This document shows, one piece after another, positions 1 to 8,274 of a stretch of DNA of 44,842 nt (position 1 is its first letter; each line of letters starts with the position of its first letter). The notes beneath the pieces were generated by a model that was not told the DNA's origin, did not search any database, and saw only the letters and a program-made list of their open reading frames with translations. This DNA comes from an uncultured Candidatus Berkelbacteria bacterium (lineage in GTDB: Bacteria > Patescibacteriota > UBA1384 > UBA12157). The position numbers and the translations under genes were made by a program. The stretch lies in the NCBI GenBank assembly GCA_903877885.1, contig CAIRFN010000012.1, forward strand, positions 1-44,842. Direction: 5' to 3'.

Positions 1-38
1 AATTAGAGTAATTTTTGTTACAATAAACTCAAGTTAAA

Positions 39-222
39 TTATTGAGAATTTTCTTCAAAAATAGTTCGAGCCTTAAAGAGAACACACCACCATTTTTCAT
101 TTTTACTGTTTTCTGCCCCTTTGCCCTCGCTTTCAGCTCGGGCATAATCGGGCAAGTTCCAGAGTAAATCATACGGTTTAGGGAAATCCAGTTGCAGTTT
201 CTTGTCCAATAAAATACGGTTC
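39..222 (-). pseudogene. Detached alternative 3' end of the serine recombinase gene (...KNEKWWCVLFKARTIFEENSQ*)
   Basis: Read in the recombinase frame, the left IR arm continues 15 sense codons beyond TGG TGG to a TAA at 41..39. Confidence 0.7.
87..222. repeat. Left arm of a perfect 136-bp inverted repeat (reverse complement of 1781..1916)
   Basis: Base-by-base comparison: CCACCATTTTTCAT...AAAATACGGTTC is the exact reverse complement of GAACCGTATTTT...ATGAAAAATGGTGG. Confidence 0.97.
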
Positions 223-407
223 CTGAGTGATAGCGAAGTAAATCTGGGAATATATTAAAATATTCCACACAATATATTTCCAGATTTTGAGCCGACGGTT
301 CTCTTGCCCTGAGGCAAGCTTGGCGAGATTTCCATTGTCGGTGGCGAAGAATAAGAAAGCATTTGATTACCAATAAAATATAAAGTTCGACGAACGAGGA
401 GGGGTTT

Positions 408-1922
408 ATGCTAAAATATTTCATCTACTGCAGAAAGTCGTCCGAGGAGGAAGAACGACAGATTTTATCAATAGAAGCCCAGCTCCAAGAGTTGCGGGAC
501 TACGCTAAACAAAACGACCTTCTGGTCATGAAGGAGTTTACCGAAAGTAGAACCGCCAAGGAGCCTGGGCGACCGATTTTCAATCAAATGCTTTCGGAAA
601 TGGAAAAAGGCAACGCTTCGGGAATTTTGGCATGGAATCCCGATCGACTAGCCAGAAACAGCATTGACGGAGGTAAGGTCATCTATCTAGTCGATGAGGG
701 CAAAATTCAAGCTTTGAAATTTCCGACCTTTTGGTTTGACACTACCCCTCAAGGAAAGTTCATGCTAAGCGTTGCCTTTGGTCAAGCCAAGTATTACACC
801 GACAATTTGAGAGAAAACATTTTGCGAGGAATCAGGCAAAAGTTAAGGCGTGGTCAATTACCGGCAAAAGCTCCGGTCGGATACTTCAATGAACCAAGGT
901 TGCGCACTATTGAGCCCGACAAAGCAACCTTTAAAAAGATGAAGAAGATTTTGGAGCTTTTTGCCATTGGAAACCACACCTTAACTCAAATCCGAGACGA
1001 AATGTTTTCTCTAGGCTTGGTGAGTAAAACGGGAGAGCCATTGCACTTAGCTTCCCTGCATGGGATTTTATCCAATCCGTTTTACTATGGTATGTTCATG
1101 TTCAAAGGCGAACTCCAACAAGGTTCGCACAAACCAATGATTTCCAAGAAACTTTTTGACAAAATTCAATCAGCTCTCTACAACAACGGCAAGCCTCGCA
1201 AAAAGAAAATTAAAGAAGAACTCATTTTTAAAAACTTTGCTGTTTGTGGAATATGCGGATACAAAATAACTGGGGAAAGGCATATCAAAAAAAGTGGCTT
1301 GGTCTTTACCTATTATCGTTGCACGAAAAAAAGCAAAGTTAAAAAATGTACCAATGCCTTTTTGCCTGAAGCCGGGCTTGCCAATCAAATTACCAATGCT
1401 TGTCAAAAAGTTTCCATTCCCGACGAGTGGAGAGACAAATATCTCGAAAGAATATCGGAGTGGGAACAAGAACAACACAACTCGTCGGGAATATTCGCTC
1501 AAAATCTGAAAGACAAACTTACCGAAATAAAAAATAAGATAGATCGTTTGTCTGACGGCTATCTGGAAGGAGCTTTCGAGCTCAAGGAATATCATGATAT
1601 TAAAAACACATTCCTTGCAGAGAAGAAAGGTCTGGAGGAAAAGTTAGACGATTTTGAGCGAAAAGGAAATCATTGGCTCGAACTCTTAAAAAGTTGGATA
1701 ATTGACGCCAACCAAGCAGGAAATCTCGCTAATACAAAAAATTTCCTCGCGATGAGAAATTTTTTGAGAACCGTCGGCTCGAACCGTATTTTATTGGACA
1801 AGAAACTGCAACTGGATTTCCCTAAACCGTATGATTTACTCTGGAACTTGCCCGATTATGCCCGAGCTGAAAGCGAGGGCAAAGGGGCAGAAAACAGTAA
1901 AAATGAAAAATGGTGGACCTGA
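408..1922 (+). CDS. Large serine recombinase (resolvase catalytic + recombinase + Zn-ribbon/coiled-coil)
   Basis: YCRKSS catalytic motif, DRLARN, APVGY, CGICG...YYRC...C zinc ribbon; GAGGAGG RBS; last codons overlap the tRNA 3' end. Confidence 0.95.
   Translation: MLKYFIYCRKSSEEEERQILSIEAQLQELRDYAKQNDLLVMKEFTESRTAKEPGRPIFNQMLSEMEKGNASGILAWNPDRLARNSIDGGKVIYLVDEGKIQALKFPTFWFDTTPQGKFMLSVAFGQAKYYTDNLRENILRGIRQKLRRGQLPAKAPVGYFNEPRLRTIEPDKATFKKMKKILELFAIGNHTLTQIRDEMFSLGLVSKTGEPLHLASLHGILSNPFYYGMFMFKGELQQGSHKPMISKKLFDKIQSALYNNGKPRKKKIKEELIFKNFAVCGICGYKITGERHIKKSGLVFTYYRCTKKSKVKKCTNAFLPEAGLANQITNACQKVSIPDEWRDKYLERISEWEQEQHNSSGIFAQNLKDKLTEIKNKIDRLSDGYLEGAFELKEYHDIKNTFLAEKKGLEEKLDDFERKGNHWLELLKSWIIDANQAGNLANTKNFLAMRNFLRTVGSNRILLDKKLQLDFPKPYDLLWNLPDYARAESEGKGAENSKNEKWWT
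1781..1916. repeat. Right arm of the 136-bp inverted repeat (3' part of recombinase gene plus last 6 nt of tRNA)
   Basis: Exact reverse complement of 87..222. Confidence 0.97.
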
Positions 1923-1987
1923 GGAGATTCGAACTCCTGACCTTCTGCGTGCCACGCAGACGCTCTAACCAGCTGAGCTACAGGCCC
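1911..1987 (-). tRNA. tRNA-Ala(GGC), CCA encoded
   Basis: GGGCCTGTAGCTCAGCTGGTTAGAGCGTCTGCGTGGCACGCAGAAGGTCAGGAGTTCGAATCTCCTCAGGTCCACCA; cloverleaf, G3:U70 Ala identity pair, A73. Confidence 0.97.
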
Positions 1988-2009
1988 TCAATGTTTTATC
2001 GATAATATT

Positions 2010-2057
2010 ATTCTAGCATAAAACCGCGTTGCTTTCAAGCAGTAAAAGTTGTACAAT
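2010..2057. promoter_or_regulatory. Overlapping divergent sigma70-type promoters for tRNA-Ala (-) and leuS (+)
   Basis: Minus: TTGAAA-N17-TAGAAT (2038..2010); plus: TTGCTT-N17-TACAAT (2029..2057). Confidence 0.65.
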
Positions 2058-2104
2058 TAATCTGTAAAGTTAAATCTAATTCAGATTAAAAAAGATAGGA
2101 TCAT

Positions 2105-5100
2105 ATGAAAGACTACGATTTTAAGGCGATTGAGGCTAAGTGGCAGAAATATTGGACTGATACAAATTACGGCATTGCCGAGGATTTTTCTGATAAACCT
2201 AAATTTTACTCCTTGATTGAATTTCCATATCCTTCCGGATCAGGCCTTCATGTTGGTCACTGTATGATGTACTCGGCTGCTGATGCCCATGCTCGAATGA
2301 TGCGGATGAAAGGTTACAATCTGATGTTTCCGATGGGCTGGGACGCTTTTGGCCTGCCAACAGAAAATTATGCGATCAAAAATAAAGTTAAACCTCAAAT
2401 TGTCACCGAACAATCGGTTAAAACTTTCAAAAAACAACAGCAATCGATTGGTTATTCTTTTGACTGGTCGCGCGAAATAAATACCACTGATCCAAACTAT
2501 TACAAATGGACTCAATGGATTTTCTTGCAATTTTACAAACATGCGGTTGTTGATGGAAAATTAATCGAAGTTACTGATGATGATACCACAACTCCTCGAC
2601 TTGCTTTTCAATCTGAAATGCCGGTTAACTGGTGTCCTTCTTGTAAAATTGTTTTAGCCAATGAAGAAGTGATCAATAATAATTGTGAGCGTTGTGGTGC
2701 GGGAAGCCAAAAACGCAAACAAAAACAGTGGATGCTTCGGATCACCGATTACGCCGACCGTCTGATTAAAGATTTGGGCACAGTCGATTATTTGGATAAA
2801 ATCAAAACCCAGCAAATCAATTGGATTGGTAAAAGCGTTGGAAGCAATATACAATTCAAAATTCAGAATTCAGAATTAAAAATTAATGTCTTTACGACTC
2901 GGGCTGATACCTTGTTTGGCTGTACCTATATTGTGATTGCACCGGAAAGTGATTATATTGCAATGGTCAAAGATCAGGTATCAAATATCAAAGAAGTCGA
3001 AGAATATATTAAAAAAGCAAAATCCAAATCTGATATTGATCGAACTGATGCTGATAAAGACAAAACCGGCGTAAAACTGGAAGGCATAAAAGCGATTAAT
3101 CCAATCAATGATGAAGAAGTTGATGTTTATGTTGCGGATTATGTTCTCGCCTCTTACGGCACTGGCGCAGTTATGGCTGTGCCTGCTCACGACGACCGCG
3201 ATTTTGCCTTTGCCAAGAAATATGGGATAGAGATTAAACAAGTTATCAATGAAAAGATTGCCACGTCGCTGTCAGCTCCTCGCAATGACGATAATCAGGC
3301 CTTTACCGATTACGGAGTTTTAGTTAACTCTGGCGAATTTAGTGGCTTAACCTCTGAAGAAGCTAAAACGAAAATTACTGAAAAATTAAAGAAAGATGAT
3401 TTAGGCGATTTCACTACTAACTTTAAATTGCGTGATTGGATTTTCTCGCGCCAACATTATTGGGGCGAGCCAATTCCGATTATTCATTGCGACAAATGTG
3501 GCATTGTCCCTGTTCCAGTCGATCAATTGCCGGTTACTTTGCCAGATGTGGAAAATTACGAACCAACCGATACTGGCGAATCGCCACTCGCCAAAATCGA
3601 TTCTTGGGTCAATGTGAAATGTCCGAAATGTAATTCTGACGCCCATCGCGAAACCGACACTATGCCAAACTGGGCCGGTTCCAGTTGGTATTTCTTAAGG
3701 TATTGCGATCCCAAAAACGATCAGTTCTTTACAAAACCCACCTTTTTCCAACCAGAAATAGAAGTAACCGAAAAAGATAAGAAATATATTGAAGAATTTA
3801 AAGCCATTTACACTGATTTAGACCAAAAAGGAATCAAAACTTGGGCTGCGAATCGATTTATGCTCAACGGCATTAATCGAAAAGTCTGGCTACCACTTCG
3901 AACAATTTCAGTCATGGGTTCTCTTAAAGATTTACCAGTTGTTGAAAAATATGTAATTGATAATAATTACAAATTAGAAACAGTCTATCCATACGGTAAG
4001 CTTTTCATTAAAGATGATATCCGATTTGAATATGTCACTTTCGAAGAAAAAGATGGAAAGCTAATCTCCTTTTCAGAAAAGGGTGCTATTCAAGAAATGT
4101 CAAAAAATGATTTACCGGAATTTCCGCTAGGTGTTATTGATGATTTCCATTATCGAGTTTGTTCACCAGAATATAATTTAAAACATTATAAATTTATTTC
4201 TAAAAATGAATCAGAAACTCGCCAAGGTTTGGGCGATGAAGAAAAAATTAAATTCTTAGAAGAATGGCTAGAAGCAAATAATAGCAAGCGATTATACTGG
4301 ACGCCGGTGGATTTGTATAATGGTGGGCCAGAGCATATTACTTTACACCTTCTTTATTCTCGTTTTTGGCATAAATTCTTGTACGATTTAGGTGTAGTAC
4401 CGACACTTGAGCCTTATCAAAAAAGAATTCAACATGGAATTATTTTAGGGCCAGACGGTCAAAAAATGAGTAAGTCCAAAGGCAATGTGGTTAATCCAGA
4501 CGAAATGGTAGAAAAATTTGGCGCAGACACACTTCGCGCTTATATGATGTTTATCGGGCCATACGATCAAGAGTCTGCCTGGAATAATGCCGGAATTATG
4601 GGTGTTCACCGTTTCTTAAAACGCGTAGTCGCCAACTCCGAAAAGGTAAATGTTACTAAGGATACGAACGACGTCTTAGTAAAATTGAATCAAACAGTCG
4701 CTGGCGTAACTGATGATTTGGAAAATTTTCAGATGAATACGGTTATTTCTAAATTAATGGAATTAAATAATCTGTTTGAAAAACAAGAAAAAATTAGCAC
4801 TGAATCATTTAAAACATTCTTGCAAATTCTTTATACGGCTTGTCCGCATATTGCTTCGGAACTTTGGTCTGAAATCGATAATACTGTTTCGATCGAACAA
4901 ACGGCTTGGCCAGTTGCCGATGAAAAGTATCTATTAACCGATGAAGTTGATATTGCTGTCCAAATTAACGGCAAAACCAGACAAATCATTAAAATCAAGC
5001 AAAATGCCAGCCAAGAAGAGGCGGAAAATTTAGCTAAGGCTGACACAAAAATCAGTGAGTTATTAAATGGCCAAAATATCAAGAAAACTGTCTATGTTAC

Positions 5101-5131
5101 TGGACGAATTCTAAATTTTGTGTTACAATAA
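2105..5131 (+). CDS. leuS: Leucyl-tRNA synthetase with a ~190-aa inserted domain
   Basis: FPYPSGSGLHVGH (HIGH), GWDAFGLP, CP1 editing GTGAVMAVPAHD, RQHYWGEPIP, KMSKS. Confidence 0.98.
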   Translation: MKDYDFKAIEAKWQKYWTDTNYGIAEDFSDKPKFYSLIEFPYPSGSGLHVGHCMMYSAADAHARMMRMKGYNLMFPMGWDAFGLPTENYAIKNKVKPQIVTEQSVKTFKKQQQSIGYSFDWSREINTTDPNYYKWTQWIFLQFYKHAVVDGKLIEVTDDDTTTPRLAFQSEMPVNWCPSCKIVLANEEVINNNCERCGAGSQKRKQKQWMLRITDYADRLIKDLGTVDYLDKIKTQQINWIGKSVGSNIQFKIQNSELKINVFTTRADTLFGCTYIVIAPESDYIAMVKDQVSNIKEVEEYIKKAKSKSDIDRTDADKDKTGVKLEGIKAINPINDEEVDVYVADYVLASYGTGAVMAVPAHDDRDFAFAKKYGIEIKQVINEKIATSLSAPRNDDNQAFTDYGVLVNSGEFSGLTSEEAKTKITEKLKKDDLGDFTTNFKLRDWIFSRQHYWGEPIPIIHCDKCGIVPVPVDQLPVTLPDVENYEPTDTGESPLAKIDSWVNVKCPKCNSDAHRETDTMPNWAGSSWYFLRYCDPKNDQFFTKPTFFQPEIEVTEKDKKYIEEFKAIYTDLDQKGIKTWAANRFMLNGINRKVWLPLRTISVMGSLKDLPVVEKYVIDNNYKLETVYPYGKLFIKDDIRFEYVTFEEKDGKLISFSEKGAIQEMSKNDLPEFPLGVIDDFHYRVCSPEYNLKHYKFISKNESETRQGLGDEEKIKFLEEWLEANNSKRLYWTPVDLYNGGPEHITLHLLYSRFWHKFLYDLGVVPTLEPYQKRIQHGIILGPDGQKMSKSKGNVVNPDEMVEKFGADTLRAYMMFIGPYDQESAWNNAGIMGVHRFLKRVVANSEKVNVTKDTNDVLVKLNQTVAGVTDDLENFQMNTVISKLMELNNLFEKQEKISTESFKTFLQILYTACPHIASELWSEIDNTVSIEQTAWPVADEKYLLTDEVDIAVQINGKTRQIIKIKQNASQEEAENLAKADTKISELLNGQNIKKTVYVTGRILNFVLQ
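3256..3289. repeat. REP-like palindromic repeat family A (GATTGC...CTCGCAATGAC), in frame inside leuS
   Basis: Same ends as copies at 23306, 23815 and 33327; translates as IATSLSAPRND. Confidence 0.8.
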
Positions 5132-5174
5132 GATTACAAAACTTCAAATAAATTATAAATAAACAAGGAAAATC

Positions 5175-5405
5175 ATGGCTGAACCAAAGAAACGACATTC
5201 ATCGACTCGCTCGGGCAACCGCCGCAGTCACTTAGCAGTTAAAGCTCAAAGTCTAGCAACTTGTCCGCAATGCAAAAAACCGGTTTTATCACATCATGTT
5301 TGTGCTAATTGCGGTTTTTACAACGGCAAAGATGTTTTAGAACTCGAAAAAAAGCAAGCAGAAAAAGAAGCTCGACGTAAAGAGGCTGAAAAAACCAATG
5401 AATAG
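5175..5405 (+). CDS. rpmF: 50S ribosomal protein L32
   Basis: MAEPKKRHS...CPQC...HHVCANCGFYNG. Confidence 0.97.
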   Translation: MAEPKKRHSSTRSGNRRSHLAVKAQSLATCPQCKKPVLSHHVCANCGFYNGKDVLELEKKQAEKEARRKEAEKTNE

Positions 5406-5856
5406 ACATCTTTCTCGCGTCATTATCATGCAAACGTTGTACGAGTGGGACTTTCGCCCAGATTGTAACATCGACGATATTAAGCAACGCAATATTGATA
5501 ATTACGAAGAAGATGCTGACGCTGATTTTATTGATCAAACTATCAAAGGCGTAATTGCAAATTGCAAAGAAGCCGACGAATTGATTATGAAAGCTGCGCC
5601 AGAATGGCCGCTTGAACAAATTTCTACTGTCGACAAAACAATTCTTCGAATTGCTGTTTATGAAATTCTACATTCCGAAGAAGTCCCACCAAAAGTGGCC
5701 ATCAACGAAGCGGTTGAACTTGGTAAAACTTTTGGCTCGGAAAATTCCAGCAAATTTATTAACGGAGTGCTCGGCACCATTTATCGAAATTCTGCTAAAT
5801 ACAATGCCGAAGAAGATAAAAAAGTGATTGAGGAGGCTGCTAATGAATCCGCCTAA
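5398..5856 (+). CDS. nusB: Transcription antitermination factor NusB
   Basis: RHLSR, LRIAVYE, PPKVAINEAVELGKTFG, FINGVL. Confidence 0.97.
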   Translation: MNRHLSRVIIMQTLYEWDFRPDCNIDDIKQRNIDNYEEDADADFIDQTIKGVIANCKEADELIMKAAPEWPLEQISTVDKTILRIAVYEILHSEEVPPKVAINEAVELGKTFGSENSSKFINGVLGTIYRNSAKYNAEEDKKVIEEAANESA

Positions 5857-6544
5857 CCTTGAAATGCTCTTGGAATTTACCAAAAAAATTGGGGTAAAAT
5901 TCAATGATAATGATCTCTTGAATCAAGTTTTTGTGCACCGCTCATATTTGAACGAAAATCCTGGTTTTAAACTAGACCATAACGAACGCTTGGAATTTTT
6001 AGGCGATGCGGTTTTGGAATTAGTTGTGACCGAAAATTTATATCGAAATTTACCAAACCCAGAGGGCGAACTCACTAATCTCCGTTCAGCTCTAGTTCGT
6101 GGTCAAACTTTGTCTGATATTGCCAGTAAACTTGGCATGAATGATTATTTGTTTCTTTCTCGCGGTGAAGCCAAATCTGAAGGTAAAGCCCGCCAACTAA
6201 TTTTAGCTAACGCTTTTGAAGCTTTGATTGGCGGAATTTATTTAGATCAAGGTTATGACGCAGCTAAAAAATTTATTGAAGAAAATATTTTGGGTCGTTT
6301 AAAATCTGTCATTGAACAAAAAACATATTTAGATCCAAAAAGCCATTTGCAAGAATTGGCTCAAGCTGAACAGAGTATCACTCCAACCTATAAAGTCATG
6401 GAAGAATCTGGCCCAGACCACGCCAAAAAATTCATTGTCGGTTGTTTCTTGTTTGACCAACAAATTGGTGAGGGTTCAGGTAGCTCCAAGCAAACCGCTG
6501 AATCTGCCGCGGCAGCTGATGCCCTTTCTCACTGGACTAAATAG
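5843..6544 (+). CDS. rnc: Ribonuclease III
   Basis: NERLEFLGDAVL signature, dsRBD (DPKSHLQE...GPDH); start moved to ATG after GAGGAGG. Confidence 0.97.
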   Translation: MNPPNLEMLLEFTKKIGVKFNDNDLLNQVFVHRSYLNENPGFKLDHNERLEFLGDAVLELVVTENLYRNLPNPEGELTNLRSALVRGQTLSDIASKLGMNDYLFLSRGEAKSEGKARQLILANAFEALIGGIYLDQGYDAAKKFIEENILGRLKSVIEQKTYLDPKSHLQELAQAEQSITPTYKVMEESGPDHAKKFIVGCFLFDQQIGEGSGSSKQTAESAAAADALSHWTK

Positions 6545-7247
6545 CGAATTTACGAAGTTTTAGATAGATCTCATTACACTTTTTCAGTGTTTCATTTTGG
6601 ATCACAAATTCCTGTGGTAATTGTGGGCCTTTTTTTAAAATTGAAGCATATTCAAAAATTAATTTCTTGGCATTAAATTGATCGCTACCAGCTTTACCCA
6701 TAGCCTTCAATGCCCGCTCAGCCTCTCGAGTAAAACGTTCTAATTCGATTTTGAGTATAGGATTATTTAAAGCTTTGTCAATAATTTGTTGATTTAAAAT
6801 TGGAGTCGATTTAACTTCAAAAAACTTGAGTTTCAGACTTAGTTCCAAATCATTATTGATTTCTTCAATTTCTTTTTCCACATTCTTTGGTGTAATCCAG
6901 ACACTCGATTGCAATAGTCCCATTCCCAGATTAGCTAATTGACGACGTAGTTTGTCGCGCAAAGCTCGATCAGTTTCCGGTATTTCAAACATAACTAAAC
7001 GCCATTTTTTATCCCAAGCTCTTGTGCTTTTGAGATAGCTTAAAACATTATCAAAATAATCTTCACCAGTTTCGGTGATTTTATAATAGAGTTCTTTATC
7101 TTTCTCAATTTTTTCAATGTGACCAAGATTCTTTAATTTAGCCAGCACTCCCCTTGCTGATCGACCCCAACGAGTTAAACGATAGTACGGCACCTCTTTT
7201 TCGTCTTCTAACAAAATGAAAATTTCTTGCATTGGACTTAACGACAT
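6537..7247 (-). CDS. PaaX-family transcriptional regulator (wHTH + Cas2-like central domain)
   Basis: YKITETG, WDKKWRLVMFEIPE..R..RDKLR...G.G.LQSSVWITP. Confidence 0.85.
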   Translation of the reverse strand: MSLSPMQEIFILLEDEKEVPYYRLTRWGRSARGVLAKLKNLGHIEKIEKDKELYYKITETGEDYFDNVLSYLKSTRAWDKKWRLVMFEIPETDRALRDKLRRQLANLGMGLLQSSVWITPKNVEKEIEEINNDLELSLKLKFFEVKSTPILNQQIIDKALNNPILKIELERFTREAERALKAMGKAGSDQFNAKKLIFEYASILKKGPQLPQEFVIQNETLKKCNEIYLKLRKFAI

Positions 7248-7259
7248 AAGTTTCCTTTC

Positions 7260-7318
7260 TGATATGTTTTCTCTTTAGATTTTCAACATATCATACTCGG
7301 CTCACGTTCGTCAAGCAA
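7260..7318 (-). promoter_or_regulatory. Promoter of the PaaX-like gene with overlapping inverted-repeat operator candidate
   Basis: TTGCTT-N17-TATGAT on minus strand; TGATATGTT-N16-AACATATCA at 7260..7293. Confidence 0.5.
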
Positions 7319-7323
7319 GTAGT

Positions 7324-8268
7324 TTACCAAGTAAAATTACCAAATCCCCATTCAAATAATTTTTTACTTTCGCCGGCGGCAGCATCAATTGAACTATCAT
7401 TTGTATTAATAATCACGGCTAATAATTGGCGATTATCTTGTTTAGCTAATGATACTAATACTCGACCAGCCTTGTCGGTGTAACCAGTTTTCCCACCGAC
7501 TATATTGGGATAATAATATTTTTCAGTTGGCACAATTAATTTATCGGTGCTAATCAATTCATGACTAATTTGACCGTTAGTTGAAGAGATTGTTTTGGTA
7601 GATGTGCTGACGATTTCTAAAAATTTCGGATTGTGTAAAGCGTAACTTGCAATAAGTGCTAAATCTTTGGCCGTAGAATAACCTTCATCATTTAAGCCGG
7701 CTGGATCTTTATATTCAGTATTTTCCAAACCGATTTCGCGAGCCTTGGCATTCATTTCGGCCACGAATTTTTCTTTACCACCAAAATATTCGGTCAAAGA
7801 ATAAGCTGCGTCATTACCAGACATAATCAACATACCGTTTAATAAATTATCCACCGTTATTTTTTCGCCAACTTTCAAACCAATCACTGATGGAATAACA
7901 TTAATCATTGGCTGGGTAATAGTCACGGTATCATTTAAACGATCCTTATAATTATCAAGTACAACCATGGCTGTAGCGATTTTGGTAGTTGAAGCAATCG
8001 GCAGTTTTTGCGTTTCATTTTGACTAAAAAGTGGTAGAGCACTATCGACGTCGATTAAATAAGCAGCTTTAGCGTTGATATTTAAAGCTGTTGCATTAGA
8101 ATTTTTCTGGGGAATTTTCGCCGGCGTAATTTTTATTTGGATTTTTTGATTTGATTGATTGGAATTTATAACATCATTTATTTTGAATGATTTTAATTGA
8201 TCCCAAAAAATAATTGATGCAACAATCAAAAATAAAATTCCACAAATTATCCCCAAAACCTTTTTCAT
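7324..8268 (-). CDS. D-alanyl-D-alanine carboxypeptidase (peptidase S11)
   Basis: N-terminal TM; STTK (SxxK), SGN, KTG motifs. Confidence 0.93.
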   Translation of the reverse strand: MKKVLGIICGILFLIVASIIFWDQLKSFKINDVINSNQSNQKIQIKITPAKIPQKNSNATALNINAKAAYLIDVDSALPLFSQNETQKLPIASTTKIATAMVVLDNYKDRLNDTVTITQPMINVIPSVIGLKVGEKITVDNLLNGMLIMSGNDAAYSLTEYFGGKEKFVAEMNAKAREIGLENTEYKDPAGLNDEGYSTAKDLALIASYALHNPKFLEIVSTSTKTISSTNGQISHELISTDKLIVPTEKYYYPNIVGGKTGYTDKAGRVLVSLAKQDNRQLLAVIINTNDSSIDAAAGESKKLFEWGFGNFTW

Positions 8269-8274
8269 TAAGAC

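Noticed and set aside
29-424. 131-aa minus-strand ORF in the track
   Set aside because: Off-frame reading of the inverted repeat arm and leader hairpins; no RBS and not protein-like
3728-4290. LeuRS insertion as an intein or intron
   Set aside because: No Cys/Ser start, no His-Asn end, no LAGLIDADG motif; frame is continuous
6537-7247. Cas2-like domain as evidence of CRISPR-Cas
   Set aside because: It is the central domain of PaaX-family regulators; no cas1 or array in the window
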